Part shown: one piece after another, positions 19,018 to 27,778 of the stretch
How positions within the stretch are numbered: the stretch's first letter is position 1
How the letters are laid out: every line of letters starts with the position of its first letter
Assembly: GCA_963833225.1 (NCBI GenBank)
Contig: CAWHXD010000005.1
Span: forward strand, 32,001-96,000
Direction: 5' to 3'
Length of the DNA stretch: 64,000 nucleotides
Source: an uncultured Chloroflexia bacterium
Lineage (GTDB): Bacteria; Chloroflexota; Limnocylindria; Limnocylindrales; CSP1-4
Program-made: the position numbers and the translations under genes
Notes under the pieces: generated by a model
What the model saw: only the letters and a program-made list of their open reading frames with translations
The model's database searches: none
Told to the model about the DNA's origin: nothing

Positions 19018-19962
19018 ATGACGACACCTCGCCGCAAGTTCCTCATCGATACCGACACGGCCTCCGACGACGCCGTTGCCCTGGTCATGGCGCTGCGCGA
19101 TCCGGGCGTGGAGGTGCTGGCCATCACGGTGGTCGCGGGCAACGTTCCACTCGACCAGGCGGTGCAGAACGCCCTGTACACGGTGGAGCTGGTGGGGGCG
19201 AAGGTGCCGGTGCACGCGGGGGCGGCCGCGCCGCTGATCCAGCCCCTCCACACCGCCCAGGTGGTCCACGGACAGGACGGGATGGGCGACATCGGGCTGC
19301 CGGTCCGGGGTCGATCGCCGGCGCCGGGCCACGCCGTGGACCGTCTTGCCGAGCTGATCGAGGCTCATGCGCCGGGGGAGCTCACCCTGGTGACGCTGGG
19401 TCCGCTCACGAACATCGCGCTGCTGTTCGCGCGCCACCCGGAGTACGCGACCCGGCTGCGCGAGGTCGTCGTGATGGGCGGGACGGGTGACGGGATGGGG
19501 AACATCACCGCGGCCGCCGAGTTCAACATCTGGGTGGACCCCGAGGCCGCTGCGGTCGTCTACGGCGCTGGTGCCCGCCTCGTCCAGGTGGGCTGGGACA
19601 TCTCGCGCAAGTACGCGACGTTCGACGCGACGCAAGCGTCGGACCTGCGCGCGGTGGGCCGGCTGGGCGCGTTCTGCGTTGACATCCAGGCGGTGCTCAC
19701 GGCGTTTGCCCTGGAAGGGACGCACCTCGCTGGCTTCGACCTGCCGGACCCGATCGCGATGGCGGTCGCGCTTGATCCGACGATCGCCACGGACATGCCG
19801 TTCCTCAACGTCGTGGTCGAGACGCGGGGCGAGTACACCCGGGGCGAAACGGTGGTGGACCACACCGGGTACACGGGGCGGCCCGCCAACGCGCACGTGG
19901 TGCTGGAAGCCTCACGGGAGCGCTTCGTGGCTCTCCTGAAGGACCGGCTGCGCGAGGACTGA
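19018..19962 (+). CDS. Inosine/uridine-preferring nucleoside hydrolase
   Basis: DTDTASDD, VAGNV, VHGQDGMG, LGPLTNIA, AEFNIWVDPEAA. Confidence 0.92.
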   Translation: MTTPRRKFLIDTDTASDDAVALVMALRDPGVEVLAITVVAGNVPLDQAVQNALYTVELVGAKVPVHAGAAAPLIQPLHTAQVVHGQDGMGDIGLPVRGRSPAPGHAVDRLAELIEAHAPGELTLVTLGPLTNIALLFARHPEYATRLREVVVMGGTGDGMGNITAAAEFNIWVDPEAAAVVYGAGARLVQVGWDISRKYATFDATQASDLRAVGRLGAFCVDIQAVLTAFALEGTHLAGFDLPDPIAMAVALDPTIATDMPFLNVVVETRGEYTRGETVVDHTGYTGRPANAHVVLEASRERFVALLKDRLRED

Positions 19963-19976
19963 ACGGTTCGGCGCGA

Positions 19977-20282
19977 TCAGGCCGGGCCGGACGCTTCCGC
20001 GCGCACCTTGTCAAAACAGCTGGAGCAGTAGACGGGACGGTCGCTGCGGGGCTCGAACGGGACCACCGCCTGTCCCCCACAGCTGTTGCACACCGCGGCG
20101 TGGTATTCGCGGCTGCCGGTGGCTGTTCCGCTCGACCGGGCGCGCTTCGCCGCGGCTCGACAGGAGGGACAGCGCTGCGGGTCGTTCACGAGACCCTTGG
20201 TGGAGAAGAACTGCTGCTCGCCCGCGGAGAAGACGAAGCCGTCCCCGCAGTCACGGCACGTCAACGCGCGGTCGCTGAACAC
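19977..20282 (-). CDS. Double zinc-ribbon protein (zf-trcl / CxxC-x17-CxxC)
   Basis: CRDCG..FSAGEQQFF..PQRCPSCR; CNSCG..VPFEP..RPVYCSSCF. Confidence 0.85.
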   Translation of the reverse strand: MFSDRALTCRDCGDGFVFSAGEQQFFSTKGLVNDPQRCPSCRAAAKRARSSGTATGSREYHAAVCNSCGGQAVVPFEPRSDRPVYCSSCFDKVRAEASGPA

Positions 20283-20453
20283 CGGCCAACCCTCCCGTGT
20301 CCCATCGCCGCCGGCCCCAAGCGTCCTGCACGGGCGTCGATGGGACGCGGCGCTCGGGCGGCGATACCGGGGGGCCGGTGGCTTTGGGCGGAGAATACGT
20401 CTCGCGTCAAGCGCGGCGGGAACTGCCGGGTCGGTGGGGGCGTCGAGTGGCCC

Positions 20454-21368
20454 ATGTCGAAGCGCGTGCTGTTCCCGACGACCCTTCTTCTCGTCACTCT
20501 TGGCGTCACCGCCTGCTCCACGGGAGGAGTGCCGGTGGCGTCACCGCCCCTGGGGGCGACGGGATCCCCGGGCGTTCCGACCGCCGCCCCGAGCGACCTT
20601 GGGACGGGGATCATCCACCCGACGGGGGCCAACGAGGTCGTGCTCCGCTTCGATGAGGCGGGCGGATTCGTCCCCATCGAGTGGCTCGCGGCGCGCCTGC
20701 CGTACTTCACCCTCTATGGCGACGGACGGGTCGTCTTCGTGCAGACGTCGGCCGAGTTCCCCAATCGGGCGGACAGCATCTCGGTCGGCTATCCGCTCCG
20801 GACGGCCGTGCTGCCCGAGGAGCAGGTCCAGGGTCTCCTCGAGTACGCGCTGAGCGACGGGGGACTCGCCATCGCCAAGACCGACTACCAGAACCCGATG
20901 ATCGCCGATGCGCCGACGGCCGTGTTCACGATCAACGCCGAGAACGACACCAAGACGGTGTCGGTCAACGCGCTCGGCATGGAGGGGCAGCCGGGGCCGG
21001 ACACCCGGGTCCTGGCCCAGCTGGCGGCGCTCGGCGAGCGGTTGCGCGACTTTGACCAGGGCGGCTCGCTCGCGAGCGAGCCGTACGAAGCGCCTGCGTA
21101 CCGCGGGGTGATCCTCGAGCAGCAGGGGCTGCAGGGCGTCCAGCTCCGCGACTGGCCGTGGGCCGACATCACGCCGGCGGACTTCAAGGTGCCCGTCGAT
21201 CCGAATGCGCTGCCGCAGGGGACACGAACGCTCACCGCGGCGGAGGCCGCCGCCGTTGGTGTGGACGGGTTCCAGAGCGGGATCTCCGGAGGCCTGTTCC
21301 TCACGGGCCCCGACGGCAAGACCTACTCGCTGGTCATCCGGCCGCTGCTGCCCGACGAGCAGGCATAG
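20454..21368 (+). CDS. Hypothetical lipoprotein
   Basis: MSKRVLFPTTLLLVTLGVTAC lipobox; S/P/T linker; GGFVP, LYGDGRVV, IADAPT, RPLLPDE. Confidence 0.75.
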   Translation: MSKRVLFPTTLLLVTLGVTACSTGGVPVASPPLGATGSPGVPTAAPSDLGTGIIHPTGANEVVLRFDEAGGFVPIEWLAARLPYFTLYGDGRVVFVQTSAEFPNRADSISVGYPLRTAVLPEEQVQGLLEYALSDGGLAIAKTDYQNPMIADAPTAVFTINAENDTKTVSVNALGMEGQPGPDTRVLAQLAALGERLRDFDQGGSLASEPYEAPAYRGVILEQQGLQGVQLRDWPWADITPADFKVPVDPNALPQGTRTLTAAEAAAVGVDGFQSGISGGLFLTGPDGKTYSLVIRPLLPDEQA

Positions 21369-21437
21369 CCGGCCGACGGGCCGACCGGGTGGCCGGCGGG
21401 CCGAGCTGGCGCCCCCGTCCTGACTGCACCGCTGGCG

Positions 21438-22787
21438 TCAGCTGACGTCCGCGAACCGGTCCCCGGCGTAGTTCACGAATCGCGTCTGCGCCTTCTTGAA
21501 CCACAGGTCGATCTCGCCGGTTGGGCCGTTGCGGTGCTTGGACAGCTTGAGCTTGACGACCTCACCGTCCGTCACCTGGTCGTCCGAGCCACGTTCCTTC
21601 TCGCGCCACAGGAACATCACGAGATCCGCATCCTGCTCGATGGAGCCGGACTCCCGGAGGTCCGACAGCCGGGGCTCCTTGGACTCGCGCATCTCGGGCT
21701 GCCGGGAGAGCTGGGAGAGCGCGAGCACGGGCACCTTGAGCTCACGGGCCAGCGCCTTGAGGCCGCGGCTGATCTCGGAGACCTCCTGGACCCGGTTCGC
21801 ATCCCGCGTCGTGATCGACGACTGCATCAGCTGCAGGTAGTCCACGATCACGAGGTCCAGCCCGACCTCCGCCTGGAGGCGGCGGGCCTTGGTCCTGAGC
21901 TCCATCGTCGTGATGTTGGGCGTGTCATCGATGTAGATGGGCGCCTCCGAGAGGGTGTTCATCGCCGGCGCGATACGGGTGAAGTCCAGCTCGTCCAGGA
22001 AGCCCGTACGGAGGCGCTGGGAGTCGATGTTGGCGACCGACGACAGGAGGCGGAGCACCAGCTGCTCCTTGCTCATCTCGAGGCTGAACAGCCCCACGCT
22101 CTTGCCGTCCCGCGCCGCGGCGTGCTCCGCGATGTTGAGCGCGAAGCTCGTCTTGCCCACCGACGGTCGCGCCGCGAGGATCACGAGGTCGCTCTTCTGG
22201 AGGCCGGTGGTCAGCGTGTCCAGGTCCCCGAACCCGGTCCGGATCCCGCTGATCTCACCCCTGTGCTCATGGAGGTAATCCAGCCGGTCGTAGGCGTCGT
22301 GGAGCAGGCTCTTGAGCGCCGAGAACCCGACCGCGACCCGCCGCTGGCTGACCGCGAACAGCTCCGACTCCGCCCGATCGATGGCCTCCTGGACCTCCGC
22401 GGGATCCTCGTAGCCGATGCCGGCGATCTTGCCCGCCGCCGCGATCAGGTTCCGGAGCAGTGCCTTGCGCTCGACGATGCGCGCGTACTGGGCCGCGTGG
22501 ACAGCGGTGGGCGTCTGGTTGGACAGCTCGCCGAGATAGGCGCGCCCGCCGATCGCCTCCAGGTCGCCCGTGCGGTCCAGCGCCTCGGTGACGGTGACGA
22601 CGTCGACTGGCTCGCGCCGCTCCGACAGGTCCAGCATGACGGCGAAGATGCGGCCGTGGGCCTGCCGGTAGAAGTCTTCCGGCTTGAGGAAGTCGGCGAC
22701 CTCGATGATCGCGTCCCGGTCGATCAGGATCGACCCCAGGACGGACTGTTCAGCTTCGATGGATTGCGGCGGCAGGCGATCGATCAC
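21438..22787 (-). CDS. dnaB: Replicative DNA helicase
   Basis: PPQSIEAEQSVLG, ARPSVGKT, FSLEM, DYLQLM, LSQLSR, DLRESGSIEQDAD, KHRNGPTG; no intein. Confidence 0.98.
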   Translation of the reverse strand: MIDRLPPQSIEAEQSVLGSILIDRDAIIEVADFLKPEDFYRQAHGRIFAVMLDLSERREPVDVVTVTEALDRTGDLEAIGGRAYLGELSNQTPTAVHAAQYARIVERKALLRNLIAAAGKIAGIGYEDPAEVQEAIDRAESELFAVSQRRVAVGFSALKSLLHDAYDRLDYLHEHRGEISGIRTGFGDLDTLTTGLQKSDLVILAARPSVGKTSFALNIAEHAAARDGKSVGLFSLEMSKEQLVLRLLSSVANIDSQRLRTGFLDELDFTRIAPAMNTLSEAPIYIDDTPNITTMELRTKARRLQAEVGLDLVIVDYLQLMQSSITTRDANRVQEVSEISRGLKALARELKVPVLALSQLSRQPEMRESKEPRLSDLRESGSIEQDADLVMFLWREKERGSDDQVTDGEVVKLKLSKHRNGPTGEIDLWFKKAQTRFVNYAGDRFADVS

Positions 22788-22894
22788 GCGCGACGAAACT
22801 CCACGGACGTGGCGGGGCCATCCGAAGGTCGCCGGTGGGGGCCGGCCGGCGATAGGGGGTTATGAACGAGTAGTCGGGCTGCGGGCCCCGACCC

Positions 22895-22935
22895 TGTGGA
22901 CGTGTGTCCAATTCCTGTGGACAGCCTGTGGACGG
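22895..22935. promoter_or_regulatory. Three DnaA-box-like direct repeats (cTGTGGAC) upstream of dnaB
   Basis: TGTGGACGT 22895, TGTGGACAG 22916, TGTGGACGG 22927; similar to TGTGGA(T/C)AA. Confidence 0.5.
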
Positions 22936-22957
22936 AGCGCGCCGAGTTGGCTGGCGG

Positions 22958-23608
22958 TCAGTCCAGGCGGCGGATGACGCCGATGAGCTTTCCCTGGATG
23001 CGCACCGAGGGGTAAAACTGCGGCGGGTACTCCGGGTTGGCGGGCTGCAGGCGGACGCGGTCCTTCTCGCGGAAGAAGCGCTTGAGGGTGACGGCGTTCT
23101 CCTCCACCTGGGCGACCACGATGTCTCCGTCACTGGCCGTATCCTGCTGGCGGATGACCACGAAGTCCCCGTCCGTGATGTGCGCCTCGATCATCGAGTC
23201 GCCGCGGACGCGGAGCACGTAGGCCTCCCCGGCAGGGGCGAGGATGTCCGGGACGGCGAGCGTCTCCGAGACCTCCTGGTAGGCCTCGATGGGGCCGCCG
23301 GCCGCGATCTCGCCGATCACCGGCAACGCGAATGACTCGCTGGGAATGGACTGGGGCATGAGCTCCGGCCCGAGGCCCATCATCAGGGCGGCGGTGGGCG
23401 TGAGGCGGATGGCCCGCGACTGGGCCGCCCCGCGCTCCAGGTACCCGTCCTTCTCCAGGATCTGCAGGTGGTGGTGCACCGCGGACGTGGATGCGAGACC
23501 GACCGCCTTGGCGATCTCCCGCACGGACGGGGGATAGCCGCGCGCCCGGATGGTCGCCGCGATCACGTCCATGATCTTCCGCTTGCGTTCCGCGTCGTGA
23601 CGGGTCAC
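22958..23608 (-). CDS. lexA: SOS repressor LexA
   Basis: GYPPSVREI HTH, IAAG cleavage site, GDSM Ser, TLKRF Lys; AGGAG RBS before the GTG at 23608. Confidence 0.96.
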   Translation of the reverse strand: MTRHDAERKRKIMDVIAATIRARGYPPSVREIAKAVGLASTSAVHHHLQILEKDGYLERGAAQSRAIRLTPTAALMMGLGPELMPQSIPSESFALPVIGEIAAGGPIEAYQEVSETLAVPDILAPAGEAYVLRVRGDSMIEAHITDGDFVVIRQQDTASDGDIVVAQVEENAVTLKRFFREKDRVRLQPANPEYPPQFYPSVRIQGKLIGVIRRLD

Positions 23609-23633
23609 GGGGGGTCTCCTTGTGGTTGGCATC

Positions 23634-23661
23634 ATGATACCGAACGGACGTTCGATGTCAA
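23634..23661 (-). promoter_or_regulatory. lexA promoter with SOS box
   Basis: TTGACA-N16-TATCAT with CGAAC-N4-GTTCG (23641..23654) inside the spacer. Confidence 0.85.
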
Positions 23662-23807
23662 TGCTGGACTCGGCCGGAGCGGCCACCCGGGGCCAAGGCC
23701 CGTGCGATGGGCGGTGCTACCATCGCCCTCCCCGGCTCGCAGCGACCGTGGGTCATAGGGTGAGGAGCAGGGTGGCTCGAGCATCGCGGCGGCGCCGCGA
23801 GGACCAC

Positions 23808-24302
23808 ATGACAGGCACACCAGTGCATCGCAAACAGCGGATTGGCCTCCGGCGCCTGTTCGGACTGGCGGCCTTCCTGCCGCTCGCGAGCCGGGCTCCG
23901 ATGTACGGACGCCTGTTCTGGGAGCTGGTCCGCGACGACCGGACGCCGGTCGGTCGCAAGGCCCTGCTGGCTGGAGCTCTGGGCTACCTTGCCCTGGGTC
24001 GGGACCTGGTCCCGGACAACCTGCCGATCGTCGGTGGCCTGGACGACCTCGTGGTCGTGGTGCTGGCCGTGGACCTGTTCCTCGATGGCGTCCCGGAGGA
24101 TGTCCTGGACGAGAAATTGGACGAGCTGGGCATCGACATTCGTTCGTTCCGCGAGGACGTCGCGCGGATCCGGCGCTTCACGCCGGGCTCGGTTCGACGC
24201 ATCATTCGCCGGGCGCCCGCCGCGGTGGGCCTCGCCGGCGACACGCTGCGCAACAGCGGGCTTGGACCGAGGGTCCGGGCCTGGATCAACGACCAGGTAT
24301 GA
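23808..24302 (+). CDS. YkvA/DUF1232 family protein
   Basis: DDRTPVGRKALL..GYL...DLVPDNLPIVGGLDD; GAGG RBS. Confidence 0.85.
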   Translation: MTGTPVHRKQRIGLRRLFGLAAFLPLASRAPMYGRLFWELVRDDRTPVGRKALLAGALGYLALGRDLVPDNLPIVGGLDDLVVVVLAVDLFLDGVPEDVLDEKLDELGIDIRSFREDVARIRRFTPGSVRRIIRRAPAAVGLAGDTLRNSGLGPRVRAWINDQV

Positions 24303-24330
24303 ATTGACACATCCAGGAGGGTGCAAGCGC

Positions 24331-24777
24331 GTGAAGGTGATCCTGACCAAGGACGTCCCGAAGCTCGGCAAGAGCGGGGAGATGAAGACGGTCGCGGACG
24401 GCTACGCCCAGAACTTCCTCATCCCGCAGAAGCTTGCCGTCGTCGCGTCCGGGGGCGCCTATCGCGCGTACCAGCACGACATCGCGAGCCGCGAGGACAA
24501 GCGGAAGCGCGAGCGCGAGGATGCCGAGATTGCGGCCACCCGCATCGCGAGCACCACCCTGACGATGGGCGTCAAGGTGGGCGAGGGCGGCAAGCTGTAC
24601 GGCTCGATCAACAACCAGGACATCGCGGAGGCCCTCGGTCGCCGTGGCATCGTGGTCGACAAGCACAAGATCGAGCTGGAGCAGCCGATCAAGTCCCTCG
24701 GCACCTACAAGGTGGCGATCAAGGTCCTCGCGGGCATGACGCCCGAGGTGACGATCGTCGTCGAGCCCAAGGGCTGA
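24331..24777 (+). CDS. rplI: 50S ribosomal protein L9
   Basis: MKVILTKDVPKLGKSGE..VADGYAQNFLIP, GKLYGSI, PIKSLG; AGGAGG RBS. Confidence 0.97.
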   Translation: MKVILTKDVPKLGKSGEMKTVADGYAQNFLIPQKLAVVASGGAYRAYQHDIASREDKRKREREDAEIAATRIASTTLTMGVKVGEGGKLYGSINNQDIAEALGRRGIVVDKHKIELEQPIKSLGTYKVAIKVLAGMTPEVTIVVEPKG

Positions 24778-24805
24778 CGCTCCACGGCCTGCGCGAGTCG
24801 CGGGC

Positions 24806-26359
24806 TCAGGGTGCCGGCACCGAGCCGGCCGGCCCCGTGATCCGGTAGGCGGTGACGCCGCAGTACGTGACCTCGTCCATCGGGTAGCCGGCCGCCCGCG
24901 CCAGCTCGACCTCCCCGTCGAGCTGGATGATCAGGACGGGCCTGCCCGCGTCCCGGAAGCGCTCGATCTCGTTCACGACGGTTGAGCCGGCGCTGACCGC
25001 CGTGAGGTCCGGCCGGGCACCCTCGACAGCCTGCGCGTACCAGATCGGCGTCGTCATGCTCCACCAGGCCACGATGCCGGCGTCCTGTGGCGCGCCGGCG
25101 AGGAGCTCGTCCAGGTAGCAGCGGGCGTCGGCCACCTTGACCCGGTCCTGGTTGATCCCGAGCAGGGCGAGCGGGACGGCGAGGGCGACGGCCGGCAGCA
25201 CCCGGGTGAGCGTCATCGGTCTGGCCGAGGCCCGCCGGCCCTCGGTCACAGGCTCTCCGCGATGGTCCCCGGTGGCCGCCCGCCACAACCGCTGCGCTCC
25301 GACGGCAGCCAGGATCCCCGCGACCGCGACGGGGAACAGCGCGTACCGCTCAATGTCGCCGTTCTGGTACGTCAGCCTCGCGTACAGCGTCAGCCCTCCG
25401 GTCGAGGCCAGGAGCCACGCGGTCCGCCACGCCCGCCGCGCCACCAGGTCGGCAAACCCCGCACCCGCGAGCACGACCAGTGCCATGGCTACGGGCGGCG
25501 TGAACGAATCACCGAGCTGCGCCAGGAACGTGCCCAGCTGCCCAAACGCCACACCTGGCCCGGACAGGCTGAAGAACGCCATCTGCCCCCCGAAGTCCTG
25601 GCCCAGGACGTAGCGCAGGAACAGCTCAAGGGTCGTGGGGGCGTAGTCGTACTGGATCGGCGGGTTGGCCGCCGCGCGCAGGGGCACGTAGAGGTACACG
25701 CTGAGTCCCGCCACGAGCGCGAGGACGCTGGCGGCGATCGTGCGCGGCTCGCGCAGGACCGAGGGACGGGTGGCGAGGAGGTACACGGCGATGCCCGGCG
25801 CGAGCAGCGCCATCAGCATGTGATTGCCAACGCCCAGCCCGAACACCAACGCAGCCAGGGCAAGCCATCGGGGCCGGCGACCGCGATCCCATACGAGGAG
25901 CAGCGCGACGACGGTCAGCGCGAGCAGCACGTGAAGCGGGTGCGGGTCGGCTCGCCCGGCCGTCCGCCAGTACGCCGTCATCAGGCCGCACGCGAGGGCC
26001 GTGGCCGCCGCCAGCTCGCGTCCGGCTCCGAGCTGGCGCGCGATCGCGAACAGCACCCCGATCGCCAGGGCGGCCGTGACGGCGGTCAGCAGGTTCATCT
26101 CGTAGGCAGGCCCGCCGAGCGAAAGCAGGGTCGTCCACAGCCAGCCGAGGATGTTGAAGGTCGGGAACCCCGTCGGGTGGGTGAGCCCCAGGGTGGGCGG
26201 CGCCGCCTGGAAGATCGCGGTGTCCCAGAACCCGACGTCCGGCAGCAGGCGCCAGGTGTAGGCGGCCAGCGCGACGAACACGACCGCCGCGGCCTCGAGG
26301 AGCAGCGTGAGGCGGTCGGGTCGAGCCCGGGTCCCGCTGTCCGTCGCGTCCTCGCTCAC
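24806..26359 (-). CDS. DUF2723/TMEM260-like GT-C glycosyltransferase
   Basis: FWDTAIFQ, LGLTHPTGFP, GLGVGNH, YLYVPLRA motifs; multiple TM segments. Confidence 0.8.
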   Translation of the reverse strand: MSEDATDSGTRARPDRLTLLLEAAAVVFVALAAYTWRLLPDVGFWDTAIFQAAPPTLGLTHPTGFPTFNILGWLWTTLLSLGGPAYEMNLLTAVTAALAIGVLFAIARQLGAGRELAAATALACGLMTAYWRTAGRADPHPLHVLLALTVVALLLVWDRGRRPRWLALAALVFGLGVGNHMLMALLAPGIAVYLLATRPSVLREPRTIAASVLALVAGLSVYLYVPLRAAANPPIQYDYAPTTLELFLRYVLGQDFGGQMAFFSLSGPGVAFGQLGTFLAQLGDSFTPPVAMALVVLAGAGFADLVARRAWRTAWLLASTGGLTLYARLTYQNGDIERYALFPVAVAGILAAVGAQRLWRAATGDHRGEPVTEGRRASARPMTLTRVLPAVALAVPLALLGINQDRVKVADARCYLDELLAGAPQDAGIVAWWSMTTPIWYAQAVEGARPDLTAVSAGSTVVNEIERFRDAGRPVLIIQLDGEVELARAAGYPMDEVTYCGVTAYRITGPAGSVPAP

Positions 26360-26363
26360 GACG

Positions 26364-27665
26364 TCAGAACGCCACGAAGCCGATCGAGATCGCCCAGATC
26401 CCGTACGCGCAGATCACGACCGAGCCCACGGCCGCCAGCTTCATCAGGCGTGTCCAGCCACGCGCGACCACGGTGGCCAGGATCGCGAACAGGAGCAGCT
26501 GGAAGTCGAGGCTGAACCGGTACCCGAACTGGGTGATGCCGACATTGCCGTGGGTGATGATCGGGAGCGAGACGATCACGACGCCCAGCAGCGACCAGCC
26601 AACCATCGGGGTTCGGATCCGGGCCTTGAGCAGCCACAGGAAGAGCGGAGTGGTCAGGAAGATCCCGAGCCCCCACCACGAGGGCTGGAGGAACGGGAAC
26701 TCGTCCACGTAGTTCCAGCTCCGGAACAGGATCGCGAACAGGTTCCGCGGGATGTACCACAGCGACAGGATGCCGTGCTCCACGTAGATCGGGTCCTCGA
26801 GCACCCCCGGGATCCGCGTGTAGGCCTGGTCGGTGAGGGTGCCCCAGCGGAGCAGGTTGAAGCCGATGTAGATCGCGGCGGGGACGGCGAGCCCGAGGCC
26901 GAACACGACCGTCGTTCGCAGCAGGCGTCCCTTGTCCATCGACCGCAGGGCGGACCAGCCCGGGAAGCCCAGCTGCGCCGCGAGCACGAACGGCAGCGCG
27001 AGGCCGGTCGGGAGCCGGGACAGGGCCGCCAGGCCGAGCAGGAGCCCGGCGATCCAGGCCGGCTTCCGGGTCAGGGCGCTCAGGGTGGCCATCGCGAGCA
27101 GCAGCACCGCGGAGACGTGGGCGAAGTACCAGGACGAGCCGCTGATGGCCACGTACCAGAAGCAGGTCCCGAAGGCGAACACCGTGCTCAGCGCCAGGCG
27201 GTCCCGGACGCGCAGGGCGAGCCCCAGCCGGCCCAGGACGAGGTACACGACGCCGGTGGCCAGGCCGGCATAGAGCGAGCTGTAGACCTGGGCCGGGAAC
27301 TCGCGACCGAAGATGGCGACGAACGGGAGGGCGAGCACGGCCGGCATCGGCGGATAGGCGACGTACCAGCGTCCGTCGCCGGCCGGGATCAGCTCGTTGA
27401 GCCACGACGGGGCCTCGTCCAGCCAGTAGCGGCCATGGAGGAAGGCATCGGCGAGGCGGTTGAAGTAGTCAAGCGCCTGTGGCTCGGCGGCGGCGGTCCC
27501 GAGGAAGACCGCCACGCCGAGGATCGTCATGGCGAGGAAGCCCCAGAGCTCGGGGCGGCGGCCGGCCCGCTCGACGAGGAGTGCCCCCAGGGTGCCGTCG
27601 AGGTAGGCGCGCACCCGGGCCGTGAAGCCCTGGTCCAGCGGGTCCATCGCCTGTCCGTGTGCCAC
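26364..27665 (-). CDS. Conserved polytopic membrane protein (GT-C-like)
   Basis: LADAFLHG, YVAYPPMPA, FAFGT, SWYFAH, QFGYRFSLDF; multiple TM segments. Confidence 0.65.
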   Translation of the reverse strand: MAHGQAMDPLDQGFTARVRAYLDGTLGALLVERAGRRPELWGFLAMTILGVAVFLGTAAAEPQALDYFNRLADAFLHGRYWLDEAPSWLNELIPAGDGRWYVAYPPMPAVLALPFVAIFGREFPAQVYSSLYAGLATGVVYLVLGRLGLALRVRDRLALSTVFAFGTCFWYVAISGSSWYFAHVSAVLLLAMATLSALTRKPAWIAGLLLGLAALSRLPTGLALPFVLAAQLGFPGWSALRSMDKGRLLRTTVVFGLGLAVPAAIYIGFNLLRWGTLTDQAYTRIPGVLEDPIYVEHGILSLWYIPRNLFAILFRSWNYVDEFPFLQPSWWGLGIFLTTPLFLWLLKARIRTPMVGWSLLGVVIVSLPIITHGNVGITQFGYRFSLDFQLLLFAILATVVARGWTRLMKLAAVGSVVICAYGIWAISIGFVAF

Positions 27666-27778
27666 GTGTCGCCCTCAGCGGCTGCCCAGCGCGCAGAGCG
27701 TAGCAACCGGCGGGCTCGGCGTCGCCACCCCGGGAGCTCCGGGCTGCGCCGGGGACCTCGGCGGCGCAGAATCCGCGC

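Noticed and set aside
18751-19896. 381-aa ORF
   Set aside because: Only the last 67 aa (dodecin, with its own RBS) are real; the rest is antisense to the nucleoside hydrolase.
22880-22940. oriC
   Set aside because: Only three degenerate boxes, no AT-rich unwinding element, and no dnaA/dnaN nearby.
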